Assembly (NCBI RefSeq): GCF_009914755.1
Contig: NC_060926.1
Source of the DNA: the human T2T-CHM13v2.0 reference genome, Homo sapiens
Strand: one strand, 5' to 3'
Length of the DNA: 64,000 nucleotides
The notes under the pieces are model-generated. The model saw nothing but the letters and a program-made list of their open reading frames with translations, was not told the origin of the DNA and did not search any database. The position numbers and the translations under genes were made by a program. Below are positions 1 through 13,611 of this stretch, in pieces. How positions within the stretch are numbered: the stretch's first letter is position 1; each line of letters starts with the position of its first letter.

Positions 1-299
1 ACCTCTCATCCAAATAACCAATAATCTACATTTTTAGCATAGCTAACTTGAGTTGTGGTCTAGGCCTTAAATAGAGCTTAATATTTTTACAATTTTCTTC
101 ACTAAAACTATGTTATAGCAACAAACATTTCCCAGCTGGTGGGTTAGGAGTCAGAGTGCCATAAGAAAAAAGTTTTAGGAGTAATGAAATGATCAAAGAC
201 AATATTTTACCCATATTAATGATCTTGATCTCATTATTTGAAATATGGCAACAACAACAAAATAAACGATTTAAATGGCAATGCTAGAGAATCCCTATA

Positions 300-1275
300 A
301 TAAAATATAGCAATATTGTTAGGATGTAATATAACTACAAAAAGTCATGTTTTCAATGACTTGCATGACACAAGGAAATGCTTACAATGTATTTCATAAT
401 TATAATAATTATGAAAATTAAATTTGGAACATTTAGAAAATACAAAAAAAGACAGGAAAAATGAATATCACCTGCAATTCCAACCATCAGGAATTGCTAT
501 GACAGAGAGAGATAAATAACCAGATAGAACTTTCTCTCTCTCTCATATACTGTTTCTGAGGGTATGCAGAGCAGGTTTTATATGATAGTCACATGATTTC
601 AGGAAACCACATTTTTTTACGTTTCTCCACTGTATGCAACTTTCATTCTGAAAGTCAGACAAGATTATGCATAAACACACATATACACACACAGAGGTAG
701 TGTATATATTTGTTTCAATGTTATAACATTTATATTAATAAATTATATTAATATTTAATACTAATGTTTCTCAGAATACTATTGTTTGAAAACGTTTCAA
801 CTTCATCGTAATATCTTAGATGAATAAAATAATTGATTTGCTAATGACTTATTAGTGTTATTTGTTTTGTTTTTCATGTATTTGTTTTTATATAATGCTA
901 TGATCAACTCCTCAAACATAAATAGTTATATCATTATTTTAAAGGAGTAAATTCCTCTAAATGGGTAAACAAATATGAATATATTGTAGCGGTTGACAAA
1001 ACTGCCTCCCAAGTAAGTTATTACTTGACATAACATTAAAACTACAAAACTGTATACATAGAATTTAACAAATATAAGTACATGTTTGTAATTTACATAT
1101 AAGTATCCATATACACCATGAGTTAAAAAAAAACAGAAGGAAATTAATGAACACATTAACAGTGGTTATCTCTAAATGGTGGGAGTGCAGGTAAAAAATT
1201 TTATTTATGTGTTTTTGTATTTTTTTAAATTTCTAAATTGTTTATACTTTTGTAATAAGATAAAAATGTTAATCT
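300..1275. mobile_element. Cluster of highly decayed old L1M (L1MC/L1ME-like) 3' fragments in mixed orientation
   Basis: L1ME-like 3' motifs (ttaacagtggttatctct...ggtggga at ~1155-1185) plus antisense L1M-like text at ~420-1020. Boundaries are approximate. Confidence 0.45.
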
Positions 1276-2289
1276 AAAAATCCACTGCAATTTAACATTT
1301 GTTATATTTCACTTTTTATCAATTCTATTGTATTTTGTCAATTTATATTTAGTCAAGAATAATGCTGTAATTTATATTAATCAGTACAGGGAAATTCAGA
1401 AAACTTTATAATTCATAATATATCTACAGTGCTGAGATGGCTAAATCAATACCTTGAAAGTGAGTCATTTCATGAGTACATGTTATTAACCCAATATGTA
1501 GTAAATAATAAATGTTTGAAAACTTTTACAAATAAATACTGAAAAATTGTTTTTTCTATATTCTTTCTAGCTTTTAATGATCCTTTTGTAAGTATTATTA
1601 TTATTGCAGTATGTGGTTCTGGACATGCACAAGAAAATTTTTAAAAGATAGACAATCCTGTGAGTTTAGACTAGAGAAAAGCAGTTAGAATTAATTTGGA
1701 AAAAAATGAATATATAAAAAGTATAATTGCTTTTGCACTTATCACCAGTGACATTGCCATTGTCATCATTAATCTGTCTCTGTACATTACAAGCACTTTA
1801 TTATAGTTAATGGTCCATTTCTCATTTAACTTCACTCTGCCTCTATATCTTCCTTTATTAAGTGAGTACTAAGTGAACTCTTTACAAAACTTAATTCTAT
1901 ACAGTAAATATCTGCATTTTCTCTTGTATTTTCTAATCATCTGTACCTATGCCCCTAATTTCTATTTAATATTAAATTAGCTACAAAGCATTCATATATA
2001 CTACCTTTTTGATTAACCATGTAGTTGTTTCTTTTTATTTTAAGTCATAACTTACAATTCATCTTTCTTTACTCTCTTATTCATGGTTGCACCCTTTCTC
2101 TGTTTGTTACTAGGAACACAGATATTTTTTCACTATGGGTGATTATTTATTCCTTTACCATCAATGATGAATCACTCTGATTAATAGGAAGAGCTTAAAT
2201 AAATAGCTTGTAAGTTTATTACTTTTATAAAGTGCTGCATTCTACTAAATTATTCTAAGGGATAATTGAACTATTTATTTGCAAGCTAT

Positions 2290-3701
2290 TTATTTATAGT
2301 TCTAACAAGGTAAACAATGACCTACAATAAAATGCACATATTTAAAATGTACTATTTGATAAACTATGACATAAAAAATATAGCTGTGAAGCTATCACCA
2401 CAATCGAAATACATATTCAGCACCTCCCAAAGTTCCTCATGCCCCTTCTTACTCACCTCCTTGTCCCCAAGCAGCCACTGATCTACCTTCTTCCATTATA
2501 GATTAATTTGCATTTTCTATCATTTTATATAAATAGAAACATATGGTATGTAACTTTTTGGAGGGTCTGGCTTCTTTCACTCAGCATATTTTGGGTTCAT
2601 ACATATTGTAGCATTTATCAATAGTTACTTTGCTTTTTTATAACTAAGTAGTATTCTATTGTATGGCTATATCATGGTTTATCCATTCACTGATTGATGG
2701 ATATATGAGTTATGTACTGTTTGAGGTTATTACAAATAAAATGCTATTAACATTCATTAACATTCATGTATAAGTCCCTCAAAGGACAAACTTTCATTTA
2801 TTTTGAATAAATACCTAGTACTGGGATGGCTGGATCGTATAGTATGTGTACATGTAACTTAGACATGACACTAAAAACATAATCCATACAATAAAAATTA
2901 CAAATTCATAAATATAACTTCATCAAAATTTAAAAGTCTACTCTTCAAAAGGGAATGAAAAGAGAAACCACAGACTGGAGAAAATATTTTCAAATCCTAT
3001 ATATCTGATAAACAGATGTATATTGGAACTATATGAAGAACTCGAAATGGAATTTTTAAAAACCTCCATTTTGTTTTTTCTTTTTTTTTTTTTGAGGCAC
3101 AGTTTTACTGTCATCCAGGCTGGAGTACACTGGTGTGATCTTGACTCACTGCAGCCCTGAGCTCCTGAGCTCAAGTGTTCCCCCCACCTCAGCCTCCCGA
3201 GTAGCTGGGACTACAGGCGCACACCACCATGCCTGGCTAAGTTTTGCATTTTTTTGTAGAGACAGGGTTTTGCCATGTTGCCCAGGCTGGTCTCAAACTC
3301 CTGAGCTCTAGCAATCTGCCCATTCCACCTCCTAAAGTGCTGGGATTACAGGTATGCACCACCATGCCTGGCCAACCTCCAATTTTTAAAAAAATACACA
3401 AGAGTTGTGAGCAGACAACTCACCAAAGAAGAGATATGGTTGGAAAATAAGTACATGAAAAGATACTCAATATTATTCATCATTAGAGAAATGCAAATGA
3501 AAACACCAATGAGAGATACCACTAGACCCTATTAGGATGACTAAAAGCTACTAAACCCTATTAGGATGACTAAAATTAAAAAAAAAAAAACTAACAATAT
3601 CAAATGTTGGCAAGAATGTGGAGCAACTAGAACTCATGCACTGCTGGTAGGAATATAAATTCACCAATCATTTTGGAAAATAGTATGGCAGTTTCTTAAA
3701 A
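2290..3701 (-). mobile_element. Old L1 (L1MB/L1MC-like) 3' end with 5' inversion (2290-2860 on minus, 2861-3701 on plus)
   Basis: 2290-2860 reads as an antisense L1 3'UTR/ORF2 end. 2861-3701 is sense ORF2 C-terminal sequence (gactggagaaaatatttt..., cattagagaaatgcaaatgaaaac, ggcagtttcttaaaa). Confidence 0.75.
3071..3373 (-). mobile_element. AluJ
   Basis: Poly(T) followed by a dimeric antisense Alu ending cctggcc. AluJ-type ctcctgagctcaag motifs. TSD-like aacctcca on both sides. Confidence 0.92.
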
Positions 3702-4679
3702 TTATTTTCTAACATATATTTAGCTGTAAATATTTTTAAATTTAAAATACATTTGAACTAATCTGGCATTAAATCTTTTCTTGAGGAGGATACCTACATT
3801 TCTGTAAACGAAAATGTTAAACAAAATCATATTATTATGAGTTAAGGGTATCCTAAAGATCTGATCTTGATTGTTAAACTTTGAGTTAGACAAGGCACAG
3901 ATATTTTAAAAATTTAATTTTTATTTATGTCTGGTACTGTGCTTTAGCTCATATGACTACTTCATTGCCTCTACTCATAAAATGTACTAACACCTGAGGC
4001 TTATAATAAAGAAGTTCAAACCTACATAAGCACAGCAAAAGTTTACAATGACCTTGATCAAGAAAGACCTACCATTTTGTATCTAATTCTAAGAATTAAG
4101 ATATCTATTTCTAATTAAAACTGTTCCCCTTTAATTCTGACACCTTATTTTAAATAAGCCACAAAATTACAATTCTGGTTCTAATGTTAAACCAGGCCAA
4201 ATCACTTTTTTCTTTTTAAATCTTAACATTATCACCTAAGAGACAGGTCTTATGCTAGTGTCTCGATACATGGAAGATTAAGATTGTGCTTCTGTCTTTG
4301 AGCAGCTCATAATCAGCAGGTTTATGCTGTTGTTTTAGCTTGCAATGATTTGCCTAAGGAGATCCTTTTATTAAGAAGTCTTAGGTCTCCTAAAGCTTGA
4401 TTGTGGCAACTGAGCTGTTAAATGCCTGTTGCCAATTATCTATTACCTATTACCAGAGAGTTTTGAGGAGTATACAAGAATTCTTTCTCTCAGATATCAC
4501 ATAGCCTTACAAACGAACTTTTAGTCCCTCCTACTCATAGTCCTTTCATGTGATTTCTCTGAAAGAACAATTCCATGAAAACCCAACTCTAATATTCCAA
4601 GTTTTTCTTCCATTATTTCCACCAATACAAGATGGGTCTTGTCTTGCTATGCTCATCAGTAACCTTCGAGCTCACGAGT

Positions 4680-4975
4680 CAATCAGTCTTGGCACTTTTT
4701 GAGGTCTCTGAGGCATTTCCCAACCTGACCATTCCTTCCCTCTTTCCTTCTTAAAATTTTCCAGGATGTAGTCCTATTCTTGCTCTCCTTCTAACTCTCT
4801 GACCGTCACTTTCTATTTGTCATCAGATCCTAACTTCCTGTCCTCTCTAGCATGCCAGATTTTCCCAGATTTACATCCTTGCCTTTTTCTTTTTCACATG
4901 CACTCTCCCTGAACAATTTCATCCATATTCATATTTGTAACTAAAGCCTTTAAGTTAATGATTTCAGAATCTAAA
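4680..4975 (+). mobile_element. L2 fragment
   Basis: Pyrimidine-rich L2-like motifs (tgaccattccttcc, actctccctgaacaatttcatcca). Confidence 0.55.
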
Positions 4976-4977
4976 TT

Positions 4978-5065
4978 CTATAGCTACTATTTATGGAATG
5001 CCTACTATGTGCCCATAATGCTAGGGACTTTGCATAAATTATCTCATTTAATTCTCAACACCCCA
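4978..5065 (-). mobile_element. MIR fragment
   Basis: ctactatttatggaatgcctactatgtgcc...ttatctcatttaattctca matches the antisense MIR core. Confidence 0.65.
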
Positions 5066-5569
5066 GCTTATTTTACAATCCATATGTCCAGGAAATAAGT
5101 TCATGCCAAACCATTTTAGCACCCAGCAAAACCTTTTTCACTTAAACTAAGATTTTAAGAAAATCTTAAACTTCACACTTCAAAAGCCATTTTGACAATT
5201 ATTATTTTTTAAAAAAGAATTCAGGCAAACTGAAATCACAAAGGGGACTCAAGTAATTTACCCCTAACATAAATGCATGTAAACTCCTTTTCCTTAAAGA
5301 GAATCTAAATACCCAAATCCCTCTTTAATTATACTTTTACTTGACGGAAGGGATATAAAACTATAATAGGAAGAGCTAATGGACCCAAAGGACTACTATA
5401 ATTTCCAAAAGAGGTATAAAGTATCCAACATTTTCAAATTTATTTTCTCTAGAAAATTATATTTTTATGGAACATTTTGTAAGAACACTGTTGCTCAGAC
5501 TAGATTCTGGGAGACAGTGATACCAACAGTTTGAAAACTTGTCAGCTTACTTCTGTTTCATTGCACAGT

Positions 5570-5800
5570 GCCATTTCTCCTGAAATCACTTGACCACATA
5601 CATCCAACACTATTTTTCTCTCCGTTCCCATTGCCACAAGAGTTCAGTTTCTCATCATCTCTCACCTAGCAATTGCTATGATCTCTCTTAACTGCTTCCA
5701 GTCTCACCCTGCTGCAATCTTTTCTCCATGTTTTGCGAATGAGATCTTCCTAGAATGCACATTTGACAACTTGGAACCAAATTTACTTAGCTCCTCATGC
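5570..5800 (+). mobile_element. L2 fragment
   Basis: ctcatcatctctcacctag...ctgcttccagtctc is a typical L2 3' region. Confidence 0.55.
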
Positions 5801-6864
5801 GAAATTCCTCTGCCACTGGTCACTCTTTGAATCAATAGCATTTTTCTCTTTAATAGATATTTTTAAATTTTGTATACAGTGGTGTCTGGAACCTTAATTT
5901 TTTTTCATTGTATTTATCTGTGCATTTGAAAAACTACTATTAAGAAAGATATAAAGAAACTAAATTAAAATGAACGCATCTGCAAATAGATGATTCATCA
6001 CCCAGAGTTGATCACCAGTGGGGAATATGAGGAGCATCACATTCCAGTCTTGGATCTCCAAAACTCAACAGGTCTGCTATTTGAAAGATCTCTCATGAAT
6101 AGATTCATAATCAGCTCATAGAGACCTACAACAGAAACTTATATGCTAATTTCTCAAACTATAAGAAGTTGAATTATCAAGATTCCCAAAAACATTACTG
6201 GTTAAGTCACTTTATCTTCATAATATGTAAAAAAATAAAAACTTTATTCAGAAAATTACTTGCCAAGGACGTTAGAAGACAATTCACCATAGAAAAATGC
6301 ATATTCCAATAAATATTTTCAACATTATTCATAAAAATGAATGCATATTGAGACAATTCCTAAGTCACTAAATACACCTATAAGAACTCTAATACCAATC
6401 CTTGAAAAGGATACTTTAACAAAAGACAGTCCTTAACAGAATATTACCAAAATAAATCAATGTACAGAAAGGGTAATACATCATGGTCATGTGGGATTTA
6501 TCCCAGGAATTTAACTTTGCTAATATTTGGAAATTAATTAAGGTAGTTCAACATGATAACAGCAGGAAAAAAATCATATTATCTCAATAAATGCAGAAAA
6601 AGCATTTTAAAAATTTAATATCTTTCCTTTTATAATTAAAAAATCTTAGGGAAACTATAAAGTAATTGCCTCAAACTTATAAAGAGCAACTACAAAATAT
6701 CCTGTTGCTGACATTATAATTAAGATGATATATTGAGCTGAAGCACTTTCCCCTAAAAACAAAAATAAAGCAAAGATGTTTGCTATTACTACTTCTGTTC
6801 AACATTTTAACAGAGGTCTTAGCAAGTGCACCAAGTGAAGGAAAATAAATAACATGTATACAGG

Positions 6865-7219
6865 TGATATGGTGTGTCTGTGTCCCCACCCAAATCTCAA
6901 CTTTAATTTTATCTCCCAGAATTCCCCCATGTTGTGGGAAGGACCCAGGGGGAAGGTAATTGAATCATGGGGGCTGGTCTTTCCTATGCTATTTTCATGA
7001 TAGTGAATAAGTCTCATGAGATCTGATGGGTTTATCAGGGGTTTCCACTTTTGCTTCTTCCTCATTTTCTCTTGCTGCCACCATGTAAGAAGTACCTTTC
7101 ATCTCCTGCCATGATTTTGAGGCCTCCCCAGCCATGTGGAACTGTAAGTCCAATTAAACCTCTTTTTCTTTCCAGTCTCAGCTATGTCTTTATCAGCAGT
7201 GTGAAAATGGACTAACACA
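6865..7219 (+). mobile_element. THE1A solo LTR (ERVL-MaLR)
   Basis: tgatatgg...ggactaacaca termini, 5-bp TSD acagg/acagg, and THE1A-type gatgggtttatcaggggtttcc. Confidence 0.93.
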
Positions 7220-8087
7220 ACAGGTTTGAAAGTAATAAAAATATCTTTATTTGCAGACATTATGATTGTGTTTAACAAAGTTCTTATTAATCTATAAAAA
7301 GTCTACTAAATCTAGTAAGTAACTATACCAGGAACTAAGAATATTTTACCAATACAAAAAAATCAACTGTATTTCCATATATAATTGAAAAATAAATTTC
7401 TAAGAAATGATATAACTTCAGTAGCATAAAATATCAAGAAATAAACTTAACAAAACCCATAAAATACCTACAATAAAAACTATAAAACATTGCTGAGAAG
7501 AACTAAACTAGACCCAAAAGATGGATTTATCATGCCAATGATAGGAAGATACAATATGGTTAAAAAATTCTTCCAATTTTACCTATAGATTCAATGTTAT
7601 ATGTATCAAAACCCCAGAAACTTTTCTGGTATAAAGTGAAAGCTAATGCCAAAACATATTTGGAAAATGTAAAAGAACTAAAATAGCCAAAATAAACTTG
7701 TGAAAACAAAAGGAATAAAATTGGATGACTTATACTATCTGATTGTAAGACTAATTACAAATCCATAGTAATGAAGACAGGGTGCTAATAGAATAAAGGC
7801 AGACAAATTAATCAGTTGAACAGAGTAGTCTGGTAATAAGCCCACATGATTTTCCACAAACTGGCAGTGAAATCCAATGGATATTGGAGAATATTTTCAT
7901 CAAATGGTTCATTACTGAGTACACACATGAGGGGGAGAAAAAAAGCTTGACCAATACCTCAACCCATATACAAAAATTAAGTCAAGTGGATCTCCAATAA
8001 ACATAAAAACTATAATTATAAAAATCCTAAAATAAAACAAAGAATATAGAAAACTAATAGCAATTTAGAGTTAAGCAAAGTTTTTAG

Positions 8088-8290
<203 letters not shown>

Positions 8291-9689
8291 CAAAGTTTTT
8301 TAGAAGGCAAAAATCATTAACCATTAAACAGATTTTCATCAAAGACAAAAACGTTTACTTGTCAAAGTCAAAACACACTAGTGAGAAAATGCGTGTGACA
8401 AAGGATTGATATTTACTATAAAAAAGGACATCCACAAGCAACATTTTCCTCCAAGATATTTCAACCAACACTTTACAAAAGAGGATATATAAATAGCCAA
8501 TGATTCTCAAAATTTATTCAGCAGGGAAAGGCAAACTCAGGTCACTGTAAAATGTCAGTATATACCCACTAGAATGGCTACAATTAAAAATATTAAAACC
8601 AGATATTAAAGAGGATGTGGATCAACCAGTCCTCTCTTATACTGCTGCTAGAAATGCAAACTGATACAAGTACTTTGAAAAGCGGTTTGATATTCTCTTG
8701 TGAATTTAAACATTTAATATACCTTATCCATCAACTCCAGTCCTGCGTATCTACCCAAAAGAAATATACCTCTAAGAAGACTTCGACCAGTATGTCAACA
8801 GCTACTTTCTTAATAAGTGCAAAACTTTTGAGACAGCCCAAATCCTTATCAACAGGATAATAAATAACTGTGATATATTTACACAGTGGAGTATTACTTA
8901 GCAACAAAAAACTGACACAAGCACATGCAACAACATGGAAAAAATCTCAAAAATATGGTTCTTATCAAAAGAAGACATAAAAGACTATATATGATAATTC
9001 AATTTATATGAAGGTTATGAACTTGCAAAATTAATATGTGGTGATAGAAATCAGAATATTGGTTGTCTCCAGGGAGCAGGACATTGACTGGGAAAGAGCA
9101 CAAGAGAACTTTGTAGGGTGAGGCCAATATTCTATACGCTGCTAGGTGTGTGATTGCATACATGTAGACATTTGGCAAAACTCATTTAAGAAGATACTGA
9201 AAATTTGTACAATTTACTGAAGATAATTATACCTCAATTTATTAAGACTACATGGAAATACAGTTTTTTACCTGTATTTTTCATACAGTTTTTCATGAGT
9301 TTTACAAAAATCCACATTTGACAACACATTCTGCTTATATGGCTGTAGAAAAACAGGCACATTCACATGTTTTAATGAGAAGGTAAAATCATACAACTCC
9401 TGGAGATCTGGTAAATTTGGAACTATCTGGAAGAATTACAATGTATTTGCTCTTTGACCAAATAATTTCTCTTCTGGAACTTTATACCAAAGATGCACAG
9501 GCAAAGATAATGAAAATATTTGTATTCAACACTACTTATTGCAGCATATTTGTAATAGGAAAGGAATAAAAATACTAAAATATCTATCAAGAAGGGACTT
9601 GTTGAATAGATCAAGGTACACTTAAGCAATGGAGCTCTCTGAAGTTGTACAAAGCGAAAGACAGAAAACTGTATACACTGTTATGGGGA

Positions 9690-10068
9690 TATGTTAGTCT
9701 ATTCTCACAATGCTAGAAGGACATACCTGAGACTGGGTAATTTATAAAGGAAAGAAGTTTAATTGACTCACACTTCCGCATGTCTGGGGAGGCCTCAGGA
9801 ATCTTACAATCATGGTAGAAGGAGAAGCAAACACAACCTTCTTCACATGGTGGCAGGAGAGAGAAGTGCAGAGCAAAGCAGGGAAAAGCACCTTATAAAA
9901 CCATTAGATCTCATGAGAACTCACTCACTATCATGAAAACAACATGGGGGAACTGCCCCCAGGATCTAATCACCTCCCATGAGGTCCCTCCCCCAACATT
10001 TGGGGATTACAATTCGGATTACAATTCAAGATGAGATTTGGGTGGGAACACAGAGCCAGACCATATCA
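9690..10068 (-). mobile_element. THE1D-like solo LTR
   Basis: Ends ...agaccatatca, TSD gggga/gggga, MaLR core gactgggtaatttataaaggaaag. Confidence 0.9.
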
Positions 10069-10146
10069 GGGGATATATTATTCAGTTCAAAAATGTGAGT
10101 TAGAAAAAAGTGCATTTAGGGTGTCACCATTTATCTAAGAGGAAAT

Positions 10147-10182
10147 GATGGATGGATGGATGGATGGATGGATGGATGGATG
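10147..10182 (+). repeat. (GATG)n tetranucleotide microsatellite, about 9 units
   Basis: Directly visible in the sequence. Confidence 0.95.
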
Positions 10183-10279
10183 TAAGAGGAAGAAATGGGT
10201 AGATGGATGAATGGGTATAGGTCGATGATTGGTAAATATAAATAGATAGATAGAATAGGTAATTTATATAAAACAGCAA

Positions 10280-12150
10280 CGGAAATATAGGGCAATTTTT
10301 TTAGTGATGACTTTTAGAGGAAGAGAGTAGAAGGGATGGGCATAGAGTAATATTTCTCTGAATTTATCTTGCTTTGTAGAATTTTATTTTGGAACACTAT
10401 AAAGAATCCTTGTGATCATAAAAGAAAATTAAACAAAATTTGCTTTTTAAAATAATTACTAAAAAGCAGTGGTAAAATAAAGCAAATGAGTCTAACTGTA
10501 AGCAGTTGGTGATGTAATCACACTGAGATAATATTAAGTGATATTACAACACAGTAATTTCACTAAACACCCCTAGTGATATAACCTTAGGAAAAATAAC
10601 AGCAAACATATATAAATAGCAGCTAATAAATAATATTATCATTGGTAGTATTAGTATTGATATTATAAAACTATTATTTAATGTATTGAAGAATAAATTA
10701 AATGAGTAATTATATTGGTATTATTGAGAACTGTCATTTTTAGCATGGAAGAAATGAGATATGGATGATAAAATAATTTTAAATTAAAACTCTGTAATAC
10801 TGCATCTGAATCAACAGTATCACTAAGAACTCAGAAGATACCCCTTATAAAAATAAAATTGACATTTCCTAGTTTTGTCTATTGAAAAGATCCAGAAACA
10901 ATAACTGTCCCAGTAACAATGAGTATCCCTAGCCATTGTATTGCAGTTTTGTGTCCCACAAAAGAGCCATGACTACTTGGGGGAAAAAATGGCTGATTCC
11001 AGATCCAGGGAAGGAAATGCACAAGATGATCCTGGAACATCTTGTTGTAACAAAACATAATGAAGCTATCTTGAGAGTCATAAAAAGGACTCAGCCAACT
11101 TGAAGAAGCTACTGCTGGCTAAGAAGGGACAAGTATATGTTGTTATCCATGAGTTTATAATAACAACAAATACTTCTTGGTAAATACTGGTGAATGCTAC
11201 TGAACTTAGAAAATTACTTGGAAAATAATGCTAGTAAAGCATTTTCTAAAGAAATGATCAATATTTGAGATGATAGATATGCTGACTGCACTGATCTGAT
11301 CACTATAAATTATATGTATCAAAACATCACTATGTACCTCATAAATATGTACAATTATTATATGCCAATTTAATGAAAATTCAATATGAAATATAAAGGA
11401 ATAGAATTATAAATTTACCTTGCTTTTTCTGTACCCACTAATCCTAAAATTTGTCAACTAGTTGATGAGGAAACATTCCTCTTTATAGGAATATTCTAGC
11501 TAAAAAGAAAATAATGAAAAATGAGTAATAGAAAGTCATAATTTTGTAACCACTAAGTAACTAATAGATGAGGGCAAAGATTATTAGTAGCTGTTAACAT
11601 CACTACAAATAATAGCAAAATTAAATTAAGAGATCACTAGGTATTTTATGCCTCCCAATGGAAGAACACCACATCACTAGAGAAGTATTCTTAAAAAAAC
11701 AGAATTTGAATCTGATCATACCTCTAGAACAAACATATAATAGGCAAAAGTGGGGACAGATGAACATATTGAACACAATGGGGTTGTGAAAAATAAAATA
11801 CAAACTATAGGAGCTCTACAAGTCAAATGATTCCATTTCTTCCAGAAATAAACTGCATTAACAAAAAAGAGATAAAAAGGTAATTCATAAGACTAAGAAC
11901 AAAATCAACAAAATTGCAATATATTACCTTATTTGAATTCCAGTTTAATTAAAAAATAATTATGAAAAACATACATACTTGATCATTTATATTTAATGAT
12001 ACTAAAATAATGTCTGGTATTTTATTCAAAATTATGTGAGCAGGATGTTGTGAATAGAGATAGAAAACAAGATGGAACATGAGTTGATAATTAGTGAGCT
12101 GGGATAATGGGTACATAAGGGCTCATTTTTTATTCTCTCCCTTTGAAAAA
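10280..12150 (+). mobile_element. L1MC-like 3'UTR fragments with a nested L1MA 3' end (~11245-11380)
   Basis: L1MC-like motifs (aaatggctgattccag, gagttgataatt...gctgggataatgggtacat) and an L1MA tail (gatctgatcact...aaacatcactatgtacc). Confidence 0.6.
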
Positions 12151-12469
12151 ATAAACAGACTTCAAGAAGAACTTCTAATACTATTTTTTACTCCTTTATT
12201 CAAAGTGTCTTTTCTTTGAAAAACCAACCTGAAAGTACAAAAATTTCCAAGGAAGAGATAGGCATGCCCAACACTGGGAACAACATGTACAAAAGGCTAT
12301 GATCTGAAACAGCTTGATGGAGAGGGAGACTGGAGGAGCAAACATTAGCCATGACTGGATGGCAGAAATGTGAGAGGGAGGAACAGAAGATGCATTTGGG
12401 AAGGTAATAACCTAGATCTGATGAGTCATCATGCTAAAAAGTTAGGATCTTATTCTGATGAGCACTATT

Positions 12470-12740
12470 TAGTAGAAATAAAATCCAAGCCATGTGTATA
12501 CTTTTAAATTTCCTCCATAGCCACATTCAATAAATGATGAAATATGCTTTATTTATTCCAATGAATCCAAAAATATTATCAAATAAGTAATCAATATAAA
12601 AATTGAGATATTGTGCTATTTCCAGTACTAATTTTCATAACTCAGTGTATATTGTATACACACAGAACATCTTAATTCATACTGTTTCAAATGCTCAATA
12701 GCCACATGGGGGCTGTGATTATCATATCAAACCACATACC
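12470..12740. mobile_element. MER33-like hAT-Charlie DNA transposon relic
   Basis: tttaaatttc...tagccacatt and tttcaaatgctcaatagccacatg motifs. Confidence 0.65.
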
Positions 12741-12926
12741 TGTAGACCCTTGTGATTTGAAATTTTCAGAATGTATCTGCTTCTCATTCTCTCAGTCACC
12801 AAATTTACTCCCCATGACTTCAGTTATTATGATTCCCTAATCCAGATTGTGCCTGAACTCCCAAGACCAACTGTCCAACTGTCTATGGTACCTTAATATC
12901 TAATATTTACCTCAAATTAAGTGTCC

Positions 12927-13280
12927 TGTATTAATATGTTCTCATGCTGCTAATAAAGACATACCGGAGACTGGGTAATTTATAAATGAAAGAGGTCTAA
13001 TTGACTCACAGTTCCAGATGGCTGGGAGGCCTCACAATCATGGTGGAAGGCAAATAAGGAGTAAAGTCACGTTTTACATGGCAGCAGGGAGGAGGACTTG
13101 TGCAGGGGAACTCCATTTATAAAACCTTCAGATCTCATGAGACTTGTTCACTACCACAGGAACAGTATGAGGGAAACCACCCCCATGATTCAACTATCTC
13201 AACCTGGCCCTGACCTTGACACATGGGGATTATTACAATTCGAGGTAAGATTTGGGTAGGGACGCAGCCAAACCATATCA
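12927..13280 (-). mobile_element. THE1B/THE1C solo LTR
   Basis: tgtatt...ccaaaccatatca termini, TSD tgtcc/tatcc. Confidence 0.9.
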
Positions 13281-13463
13281 TATCCCAAACTGAGTTTATT
13301 ATCTGCCTCCTTCATTTATGCATCTCACTAGAATTACTGTTAGCTTGTTTTCTTTCCCTCTATTCAGTCCCTCCTCCTCATTTAATCAGCTAAACAATTC
13401 TAATAATTCCACTTCAAAATCTCAAACTCCTACAACTTCTGTCCAAATGTATAATACCTAAAA

Positions 13464-13611
13464 ACCAGTGCAGTGGCACACGCATGCAGTCCCAGCTACT
13501 CAGAAGGCTGAAGCAAGAGAATCACTTGAGCCCAGGAGTTTGAGTCCAGCCTAGGCAACATAGCAAGATCCTGTCTCTAAAAAAAATAAATAAAATTTAA
13601 AAACAAACAAA
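13464..13611 (+). mobile_element. FLAM (free left Alu monomer)
   Basis: Monomeric Alu (cagtggcacacgc...gcccaggagtttgag...ctgtctct) with an A tail. TSD-like aatacct. Confidence 0.85.

Noticed and set aside
392-416. Short AT-rich palindromes (392-416, 16708-16731) and a 16-bp palindrome at ~19700
   Set aside because: Expected at this frequency in very AT-rich DNA.
3521-3575. 29-bp tandem duplication (act..accctattaggatgactaaaa x2), and a similar one at ~31348-31412
   Set aside because: Two units with no spacers: ordinary slippage duplications, not CRISPR-like or functional arrays.
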